Source: Paraspadella gotoi (Eukaryota > Animalia > Chaetognatha). Taken from it: DNA of 64,000 nt. The notes beneath the pieces are model-generated. The model had not been told where the DNA came from and made no database searches. It saw only the letters and a list, made by a program, of their open reading frames with translations. The stretch covers positions 23,920,411 to 23,984,410 of the forward strand of contig CM119266.1 in NCBI GenBank assembly GCA_051294375.1. The letters are read 5' to 3'. Shown here in pieces: positions 53,785 through 64,000 of this stretch; position 1 is the first letter of the stretch; each line of letters begins with the position of its first letter. Position numbers and translations under genes: made by a program.

Positions 53785-54213
53785 TCTCTCTCCACGGACC
53801 CACCACGAGAAAAGAAGACGATGATTACATGAAAAGTCTCATCTTTTATTTTTATCGTTCCCAAAGTTATCATCTTTTATTTTATCTCTTTCGTTTTTAG
53901 CGCGCCCTCGACTATAAAACAAAAAGCGGGCAGTTATGCCGACCTAATTTTCAATTCGAGAGGGGGACAGAAGGGAAAGGGAAGAGGCTTGAGAAGAAAA
54001 TTTTGAAGAAATATCAATACCGTGTTGAAGAAAAACGCATTAAAGAGTAATAACAAAAGTGAAGCTAAGGGAAAGTTTTTACAAATGTACAAATTTAAAA
54101 TAGAAAGGAAAAGAATTGAATGGGACGAAATTAATGGTTTGTGGGGAAACCAACCATGACCTAATGGAGAATAACAACAAAACAGCGAGGATCGCGTGCT
54201 GCGTTGAAAGGAG

Positions 54214-54290
<77 letters not shown>
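53785..54290. repeat. Inverted duplicate B, arm 2
   Basis: Reverse complement of 32045-32525 with few, mostly single-base indel differences; ORF track shows the same peptides ([18 protein letters not shown]; STQHAILAV) on opposite strands. Confidence 0.95.
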
Positions 54291-54303
<13 letters not shown>

Positions 54304-54397
54304 GACTAAAGGGTGGGATCGAGCGGAGGGGAGAGAAGGGCGGCGCGTCAAAGACGAAAAGGGTCATTCCGTGACCCCCTCTTTTTATGGCACGGAA

Positions 54398-54484
<87 letters not shown>

Positions 54485-55358
54485 CATTCCTCTAAACGCG
54501 TTAGGCGCTTTGGTGAGGATTTGTGAAACCCCTTTTTTTTCAGCTCTCTCCCTTCTCCCATTTTTTTTCTTGGCGCAGAATCGAATACTGATTTTCTTTA
54601 TTTCTCTTTGTCGTCGACGTATTCTTCTTATTAGTCGTCATTGTCGTCGTCAACGTCGTCGTTATCGTCGTCGCCTCCGAATCTTATTTTCGTTAATTCG
54701 ATCTTCCGCTTCGCCAAAAACAAATTCCGTTCGATATAACGAAGATCTATCGATGACGCTTTTTTCGCCTCGATGAATTTTTATTTGATTCGATTTTTAG
54801 GCCAAAAAACAATTGAGTATTTACCACACCAAAAGCGAAAAACTCTGTTTTAATTGACATTTTGTGTTTTATTTTTAATTCGATTTTTTTAGTTTGTGTA
54901 ATTAGGAAAATATTTTAGTACCTTAAGTACTTTAAAATTTAAACAGTACAAACAAAATGGCATACAGAACTACAGATACATACAAAAATTGCATAATTTT
55001 ACATTTTGCAACTAACTAACTGCCTGTTTTAATTTTTAAACTTCTCTATTTGTTTTTCTTCTTTTCTTTTTAAATGTCTTAGCATTACTCTTCCCTCCTC
55101 TCCTCTACTTTCTACTTTTCTTTCCCCAAATTCTTGCAAACATTTCTGGTTCTCCTGAGACTCGTTGAGAAAAATTAGTTTCCATATTGTAACGAGCAGG
55201 CGCTCGCTCTCTCTCGCTCTCCCTGGGAGCGGAACGCAACTAATCATTTAATGTTTATTACCAAGGCAAGGGAAAAAAAACTACATTTCCAAAAGCTTTT
55301 TCTTTCTTTATTGTTAATACTGCTATAATTGTATGTCAAGTTTACAAGCTTCTCTTTC

Positions 55359-55418
<60 letters not shown>

Positions 55419-55508
55419 CTCCTCTCTCTCATCTCTCTCTCTCTCTCAGTCAACTCCTTTCCCTCTTCGACTCTGCGACGGCTAATACAATAAATCTCGA
55501 CAATCTTC

Positions 55509-55518
55509 ACGACGACGA

Positions 55519-55563
<45 letters not shown>
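55509..55563. repeat. (GAC)n microsatellite
   Basis: Directly visible. Confidence 0.9.
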
Positions 55564-55674
55564 TCTTCTGACGACCTACTTTCACGCTCCATCCATCAGA
55601 GCGGCGACTCAAAAGCGCCGCTGCCCGAAACCGACGCGAATTCGTTAACCACCGCCGCCCACAGAAAATTGAGA

Positions 55675-55760
<86 letters not shown>

Positions 55761-56729
55761 AGAGAGAGATGTTCCCGATGAAAGAAAAAAGCATTCATTT
55801 TCTCACCCCCATTTTTTTCTTTCCTTTTATTTTTCTTCGAATGAAATAATAAAAGTGAGAAAAAAAAATCGACAAAAATCTTTTCATTTTTAATTCAACT
55901 TCTTTTTTTTTGTTTTCTTTGTTTCATTTCTTTCTTTTTTTTTTCATTAGAATCGAAGGATTTTGATGTCGACGAATTTATGCGGTTGTAAATCGCGGAA
56001 ATATGACAAAGAAATAAAGAGTCTTTTGTATCGATTTTTTCGTTTCGACTCGAATGGTTATGAGTTCATGAGCTCGTGAGATGTGAAATCTCAAACTGAA
56101 CTTTTTTCACGTTAAACTTTTCGCTGGGTACAATGTTGCCAATCTTCTTTTAAAATTTTGAATGGCTAAGACAAACTTCAAACGGAAAGAACATAATGAA
56201 GCGTCGTTGTTTCAATTGTAGATTTAATCTTTTAGATACTACTTTCTTACTTAAAAATGAAAATAAATATATGATACATTTATTTCATTTTATTACTATT
56301 TTACTATTTTAAACAATAAAATAACAAAATAAACAAATAAAATAAAAAATAATCAATTTATACTCCTTAATTTCAAGTACCCAATTCCCTTGTAAATATA
56401 ATTAAATATATTTTTATTTCCCTCGCTCCATTTTCACCAACGAGATTGCAAACTTTTTCGCCGAATTTCAATTTTTCTTCTTTTAAGGGCCTCGTTAGTC
56501 GACTGGTTTAATCTACCCCCAAAAAACGTTCCAAAATCATTAGCTTATATTTCCACTTTAAGGGGACGACTCGTTTCGCGTTTCCCCTTAAATTTCGCTT
56601 CGCTTCATCTTCCGAGGCGAAGGGAAGATTCGGGATCGAATCCTCGCTGGCAATTTCTCCGGATCTCTCCATAAATTTGCGCGCGCAATAAATCGCGTCG
56701 CGCGGCACATGAGGCGGAAGATGGAGCGC

Positions 56730-56777
<48 letters not shown>

Positions 56778-58099
56778 AAAATTGTTTTCGAGCAAGCATT
56801 TCGAATCGTTTTAAAATTTGAATTTTTTTCAAGACTTGTTTTAACGTATTTAAAAATCTTTCTAAGACTTTTTTGCTTTTAATATAGTAAATTAGGACTA
56901 TAAATATTGAGTCTGTAGGGAACTAAAACTAAATCTCTAACCTCGGATCGATAAAAATGCATTCAATGCGTTTTGTGAGATAGCATTCCTACTAAAATAT
57001 TAAGTAGTTTGACATTCAATGGATCCTAAAAAATACAACAACGACAACTTCATTTCCACTCTCCAACCACCTCGCAAAACCGGAAGCGGCGCCGGAAACG
57101 AGGCGCCGGCCAAAGCCGGCCCCGCGCCGGCCCGCGGGTTATCTTCCGCCGCGTTATTGCGCGCGTTATTTGTTGCCAAACATCCGCGCGGTCGTTGGCG
57201 CGCGCCCGAATTGCCGAGCTGCCAAACTTACCCCCTCCTCCTATAGTCCCGCCTTACCACGTCCGATTCTACCCGAGACGCCACTGTCCCTACCTTCTCC
57301 GCTTTGTTTTTCAGGAGAACATTTTCTAGAAATTTTAAGGGAGAGAAACAAGAGGGGGGGAAAAACAGGTATCCGAGTCTCTAAACGTGAAACGTGCTTT
57401 TTGATTTTTGCTTATGTAATCGAACAGTGTTGTTTAAACTTCTCTTACGCGTTGTTTAATAATTTATTTTATTTATATTTTGCTTTGAATTCGATTATAA
57501 ATAATGAAAAAGGTCGCAGTGAAAGCCCATATATATTCTTGTTCTACCCCATAAATTCTTATTTTATCTTGCATCCGTAAAACGACATCTCCAACTTTCT
57601 CTCCCAATTTCACCGGCAACGCGGCTTTATCGAGGAAGCGTCCTCTGCAATGGGTTTTTTTCCAGAAACATTAATCTTGAGACGAGGAAACGAAAAAAAT
57701 GGCAACCGAGATAGAGTTGCTGAGAGAGACTGCATTGTTATGGATTAATGTTTTGTTTGTTACTGTATTTGAACCATGATTCGAATTTTTATAATTACAA
57801 AACATTTTATGTTTAACAAAACTGCACGCAATTATGATTAAAAGTTAAATCGTCATTATTTTGAATTTTTGAAATTAATTTATCTCGCGAAAAAGGATCA
57901 GCGTTGAAAGAAACGAGCCTTTTTTATTTGAGCCCGTAAAAAATAAGAGGCTTTTGAGGGTTATAACGTCGCGAAAGGCCATAACCGGGTTTTAAGAGTT
58001 TTGGATGATTATTCCGCTCTCGCTTTTAACGAAATGCTTGGTAAATGAGGTGAGGCATCGTCGTAGTGGTTGATTGAATTGCGAAATTTCAAACCAAAT

Positions 58100-58133
<34 letters not shown>

Positions 58134-59702
58134 CCGCGGTACTAACGGATGGGCGCTGGAAGCGACTTCCCATACATGGGCTCGCCCAAGGCAGATCAAT
58201 GGACTATGGACGATCCATATTCTCAGTCGAATAACGACGAGGTGTCGTAACGTTAATAGTCGAGCTGCTTAATCCCCGATTGGGTGGATTTACGATAAGC
58301 TAAAGTCTCTGATTGGCCGAAACTCTCTCGTAACGTTATGGTGGGGCAACTGAAAGCAATATCCATCCTCGAGGCGATAAGAAGCACCCATTACAGAATC
58401 TCCTTCTCGTTCCCTTACTGTTTTTTTTTTTTTTTTTTTGAAGGGAAGGGTTGCAGAAGGGATTTCAGGGGCGGTCCGAGATTCGTAACTTCCATTAGCT
58501 TGATGACGCCATTGAAATTACTTGACTTTTTAAATGTATTTGAAATGTTTACCTATGTATTTTTGGCACGCTTTAGGTAATATTCTCTTATTTTTTTTAC
58601 TTAATGAACCCAACACAACCCAACCCAAACAACCATAACCCTAAAATACTTAACCTCGCTGAATTTACATGTAGCATGTAGCTGTTAATCCCCTAGCGCC
58701 ATTTTTTAAGCCGTTCTCCAACTCCTTCCCATTTTCTCCTTCTCCATTAATAAAGTATCTTCAGTTAATTCTTACACCACTCAATCCAGTTCTTAGCTTA
58801 AACCACCCTCTATCACTTTCTTCGCAACTTCGCCCTCTATCGTTACTTCCCATTCCATGAAGCCCCCCTACTTCGAGTATCACGTCCTTGCGGGGCCGTA
58901 ACCCCGAACCATCCGTCAAAACCTTATCGCGCCGAGGTTTTTTTTTTTCTTTTTTCCTTTTTTTGTTTCAGACTTTAAAATCGAAAGGAAAAGCGACTTT
59001 ACTATGTTTCTCTTATGTAATCAAACTGTTTTTCGAAATATATTTCACTTGAGTTTTAAACGTTTCTTATTAATTTGATTCTCATTCGATGAAAATTCTA
59101 TAAAATATTGATAATAATAACGATAATCCTTTTCAATCATCATTTTTTCTTCATCTGCTCTACGACATCAAATAAATTGGCAATGACGACGTCGCGCTTT
59201 AACAAATTTCACATTCGCTGCTCCTCATTTCGCTTTTATGTTCGTCGTAATCCTTTCGCTTCGGAATTTAAAAAGAAGCGGCGCTAATTTTGGAGCTGCT
59301 AACGTTTGAAATGGAAATTTCCATCCTCCCTGGAATGATGGGCCGACGCATTTCGGCACTGAAACTCATCTCAATCTGTTACTTGGAGAGTTACGGCGTT
59401 TCTGCACATATAAGTGTATGTCGTGTATACTGTATATTCATGGCTTAGTATAAGCATTAATAGTAACATCTACATTTTAGGTGCCATGATTTTTATATAT
59501 TAAAATCCAGTTCACTATCCTATGTCTGTTTTAATTTGTAACCCACCCGCCCGTTTCTCTCATTTCCAGTGATCCACCCACACACCTCGTTTTTTTTTTC
59601 TCTTTCACCCCGCCCGACCTCATTTTCGCCCGCGACGGGTTCGACCCCGAGCCCCGCCCACTTGCCTTCGTTCAAGTGATCCATGAAAAGCCTACGAGGC
59701 CC

Positions 59703-59796
59703 CAGATGCCGCCGCCGCACCTCCTCGTCGTCGTTAGTCCGCTAACAGATGCCGCGGCCGGCATCTCCTCATCGTCGTTAGTCGGCTAACAGATGC
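59703..59796. repeat. 43/44-bp tandem duplication with internal hairpins
   Basis: CAGATGCCGC...CTCCTC...CGTCGTTAGTC.GCTAA twice, plus the start of a third unit. Confidence 0.85.
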
Positions 59797-60491
59797 AATT
59801 CCGACGTCGGCCACCGACGCCGCTCGCCTAATTGTTACGTTGTAATAATCGTCGGGAAGGAGAGAGAGATTGGGGAGTTTTAAAAGAGGACGAAATGTCG
59901 TTAGACGAGCGTTAACGTGGCAACCGTTTCATTGAATCGGACGAATGATTATAATTAAAAGGATGCAACTTTTTTAAAAATGTTAAGCTTGATTTTTAAA
60001 ATGCTATAGATAGATAAAGATGTCAACTAGTCATTAAAAATTTAATTGGTAAACGTCTTGTTTGGTTTGATTGTTTTATTTTTATGACAAATACTGTTTT
60101 CTATTTCCGCAATGAAAAAGGAATAAAAAATTCCGATCATTTGATAGGAAAGAATTATCTATGTAAAATTTAATAACGATGCCACGTTCTCCCTTTGAAA
60201 CCGCACATTCCGGTCGCAATGACCAAAGTCAAATGGATCATTAAAAACGAAGTCGCGTCGGCGTCAAAGCCAAGAGACAAAAGATGTAACAAAACAAAAA
60301 ACAATACGACGACATTAAACAAAACAATACATTGGCAATTACTAACGCCTCCCGGCCTCCGAGGGAGGAAGAAAGAGGGAGGAAAGAGGGAGATAGAGAA
60401 TGTAGCTAATGGCCGGAATTCGCATTAGCTTAACGACGTCCTTCGTTTTAGTCTTCGTAAAAACTTACGGGGATAATTATTAACTTTTTTT

Positions 60492-60522
<31 letters not shown>

Positions 60523-60604
60523 GCTTCCCTTCCTCCGAATCTCGCCAACCTCCCTCCATCGCCCTCTCGACTCTCTTCCCGTCGCCGCATGCGACAATCA
60601 TCGA

Positions 60605-60643
<39 letters not shown>

Positions 60644-62015
60644 CTCTCTCTCTCCTCTCTCTCTCCTCTCTTCTCTCCTCTCTCTCTCAATTCTTTCTCC
60701 TTCGACTCACTCTCTATCTTTTCCGCTCTGGATCGATTTTCTTTGTCTCGTCGTTGGAGGCCGAGGATGAATTCCCGTAATGAACGACTCCCTCATGAAA
60801 ACAGATGCTTCCTGTTCTTGCGCCGCCGTCACCGCCGCCGCCGCCGCGTCGCCGCGGGAAAGGGGTAGTGGATAGAGGGAACGTTGTGGAGATATAGGGT
60901 AAGGGGCAATATGAGTGAGCGATGGTTACAACGGATAAACCGATGGTGGAGTAAGTGAAGTAAGGGAACGGCGTTGCGCTGGAAATTAACGCGACTTCAG
61001 CGTCGCAGCGGCGAGCGGGGAGACAACAAACGCTGCCTATAAACGAGACCATTCCCGCGCGCGAGAGAAAGTTATGAAAGTTTATGAAAGTGAGAACGAG
61101 GCGTCTTGGCGTTATTATCATTTATATCGTCGTTGAAGAAGAAAGTACGAGCGATGAAGGCGATTCCGAGAGGTCGTTAAAAGCTCTTTGCTTTCTTGGC
61201 TCGAGTTTTATCTTTGTTTTTTATGCAAATCACAACTAAATTATTAAATTGCTCTATTTTTACATTTGTTTGTTTCCATTAGTTTTGAAGGAGCTTTAGA
61301 GTCTTAGCCTACGTTCATTTATTATTATTGGATTTTTAAAAGTTAAAATATTTTTTTTTCGAGGAAAGATGATCAACAATATTCCCCAAACGCAAATTCT
61401 TTTAAAGAGAAAACAAAGAAACTAAAATCGGCCGGAAGTGGCGCTGCGTTCGCCAACGCCACGCCCCTTGCCGCCGCCGAGTCTCGCGACGCCCAAGTTA
61501 CAGGCGCCAAGGCTATTCGGTACGAAGCTAGGGCCCGGGAATGAAATAGAAAGGGAGTAAGCGTCGATATACATAGGGGATGAGAAAACTAGTGAGAATC
61601 ACGTGAAGTGAGAAAAAAAGAAAATGATGAATGACTTGGGAATTGGAACATCCCGCCAACGGGTCGTCAACGCGAGAAACTTCGGTAACTTAAATGGGAA
61701 CCTCGAGAAAAAAAAACCCCGCTAATACGCGGGGCTCGTTTCGCGCCCTCTTTTGGGATTCGAGGGCGGTCCCGCTCTACGGCGCGCCGCGGGCCTCACT
61801 CCGTAGCCCGCCTCGCCATGGCAACGGCCTTGATCGCCTTCCTTGATCGCGTTTCTCATTAGGATTTACCTCGCGGGAGAAAATGGAGAAAATTAGATAA
61901 AGAGAAATCGTAATCCAACTCTGGAGAAACGAAGAATGAATCGTTTGGATGAATCCGTGTTGGTGAAATGGGTGGCGCATGTGAGGCAGGCTTTGAGCAC
62001 AAATGACAATCGGGA

Positions 62016-62087
62016 GCCGTGATAGTATAGCGGTTAGTACTTCGCGTTGTGGCCGCGACAACCCAGGTTCGACTCCTGGTCACGGCA
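62016..62087 (+). tRNA. tRNA-His-GTG: tRNA-His (anticodon GTG), intronless, eukaryotic type
   Basis: GCCGTGATAGTATAGCGGTTAGTACTTCGCGTTGTGGCCGCGACAACCCAGGTTCGACTCCTGGTCACGGCA: acceptor stem GCCGTGA/TCACGGC, anticodon stem TCGCG/CGCGA with GTG at 62049-62051, T arm CCAGG-TTCGACT-CCTGG. No encoded G-1 or CCA; T run shortly downstream. Confidence 0.97.
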
Positions 62088-62344
62088 GTACTTTGAGTAA
62101 CCTAATTCTATTTTCATTCTTAAAATTTTCTTTATCTTCGAAATGAAAAACAAAACAAAATGAATATTAAAATATAAAATCTAGCGCAATCAGGATTGTA
62201 ACAGATTATTAAAAGTTTTATATTTTTTTTTTTTATTAAAAACTATAAAAAATAAAATGATACATAAAAACAGAAAAAAACGGCTCAGGATATATACGTA
62301 GGAAATACGGGCATCTCGTGATGAAAGCAACACGCAGCTGGTTT

Positions 62345-62448
<104 letters not shown>

Positions 62449-62730
62449 CTTAAATCACGATGACGGGACGGATGGCGTCGCACGATGATGAGGAATGGAC
62501 TTCTCCGCCGGCGGCGAGATAAAAGCGGAGATGAGTAACGCCGCTGTCAGGTTTGTGAGAGGGATAGTGAGAGCGAAAGAGCGAAAGAGAGAGAGAGAGA
62601 GTGATATTGACAAATAAGCAAGACTGATCGAGACTGAGAAGGTGTGAGCGAGTATGAGTTACAATTTTAATCTTCTGTCTCACTTTCTTGATTTTACCTC
62701 GTGCGGCTTAACCCTCTGACAATTTTTAAT

Positions 62731-62796
62731 TTCACGTTATCATACTATTCACGTTTTCATACTATTCACGTTATCATACTATTCACGTTTTCATAC
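62731..62796. repeat. 17-bp tandem repeat, 4 copies alternating two variants
   Basis: TTCACGTTATCATACTA and TTCACGTTTTCATACTA in A-B-A-B order. Confidence 0.9.
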
Positions 62797-64000
62797 ATTC
62801 CTCCTCGCCTACTTTTATCATATTTTTTTTCTTTTTTTTTGCCACATTTTTTTTTCTTTCTAAACCCTGTATTGTTTCTGCTCACGAAGGCTTACACAAT
62901 ACACCAATTACACATACGTAGACGAAACATGTCCTTTTTTTCTTGTAAAATAAAAACAATTTTGTCGTTTTCGTTTGTTTTTTTTCTAAACTCATGATAT
63001 TTTCCGTAATTCGGTTTTTTTTTCATTCCTTTTTTTCCCCAAATTTCCCCTTTTCACTCTGTCCCATTTTTTCCTTCTACCCTCTCACAAACTCACACGT
63101 TCGGAAGAGGGAAAAAAAGGGCGAATGGCAGCAGAGATGGCGTTGGCCGTTTTACGAGTCTAACCTCTGCCCTTGGATTCATGACTGCAATGGGAATGTT
63201 GCCACTTTTTTTTTCAATTTCATTCTCCATCTTCCCCGCGCGTGTTTCTCGCTTCGTCCCTCGTCGTTCAAACCGTCCCACCCTTTTACCCCAACGTACT
63301 GTTTAAACTTCGAAGGACCCATGTTACGAAACCCACACTAACTCCCCTTTTCCCCTATCGCCCCCGACCCCTCATCGGTCTCCCGCCCCCCACGCCCACA
63401 CACACACACACAAAAATAATAAAAGTGCGACATTCGTCGCGTCGACGACCGCGAATCGCGACTTTCGGGTCGACGAGGGAAAATTGGATTTCGCGGGTGA
63501 CGACAATAACAAAAGCAATAACGATGTCAAAGAAAACCAAGGCCTCTCGAGGTCAGCAGTTAATGTATCAGAATGTCAAATCATTTCAAATTATATTTTT
63601 ATGAATCTAATTTGATTCAGAAAGTAAACATTTTCACAAATTCACTATATTGACTTTTTTTTGATTGGCGTTTTGCTCCGCTAAAATAAATCGCTTACTG
63701 TATTTTCTCGACTTACCCTATTTTTTCGGCTTACCGTATTAAGCGACGCTTCATTGCCGTCGTGACATTTAGGACTGGCTCCTGCTGATTAGTTCACCGT
63801 GAAATAGTATCGTGTGATTGAAATATTTATTTAATTTTTTTTTACTTATTTCGTTATTTGATCTCACTCGAAACGAGGCGGCCTCCGTTTAATCTACACG
63901 CCTCACCTGCAACGACCTTCCCACCCCTTGGTCCCCCTTGCCTCCACCACCCCCAAACCCTGGATCGCCATGCCTCCCGCTATGCTCCAACTGCCCCTCC

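Noticed and set aside
58159-58260. Short plus-strand ORF MGAGSDFPYMGSPK with an FPYM word
   Set aside because: 33 codons, lacks the invariant Trp of the hexapeptide, no other support.
60404-60430. AGCTAATG/CATTAGCT 8-bp inverted repeat
   Set aside because: Short enough to arise by chance in 64 kb.
60714-61121. 135-aa minus-strand ORF
   Set aside because: No recognisable motif or splice support.
62285-62302. TCAGGATA..TATACGT partial similarity to the iab-4 reverse complement
   Set aside because: Central part missing and no hairpin; no miR-10 sequence was found in the window either.

Overview
Draft scaffold from an animal (protostome-like invertebrate) genome, not prokaryotic DNA: about 22 N-gaps and very dense (GA)n/(TC)n, (GAC)n and (GAAA)n microsatellites, so nearly all ORFs in the track are microsatellite or gap artefacts. 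Three genes are supportable. (1) Coding exon 1 of a central-class Hox gene (- strand, 22793-23378) with the YPWM hexapeptide in a Ubx/abd-A/Lox2/Lox4-like context and a GTGAGT donor; its homeobox exon is not visible in the resolved sequence. (2) A spliced FABP/CRABP-family lipid-binding protein gene (- strand, coding exons 51345-51467 and 49307-49618) about 26 kb upstream of the Hox ATG. (3) An intact tRNA-His(GUG) at 62016-62087. Also present: an 88-nt pre-miRNA-like hairpin (4040-4127), a degenerate tRNA-Gly-like/SINE head, minisatellites, promoter-like ETS/CRE/E2F islands and Hox/Pbx and PHO/YY1 motif clusters. A 4.1-kb direct duplication and three inverted duplications occur mostly near six exactly-25-N gaps and are indel-rich, which points to long-read gap-filling artefacts, so local order and distances are uncertain. 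No CRISPR array, transposase or clearly novel system can be demonstrated from sequence alone.
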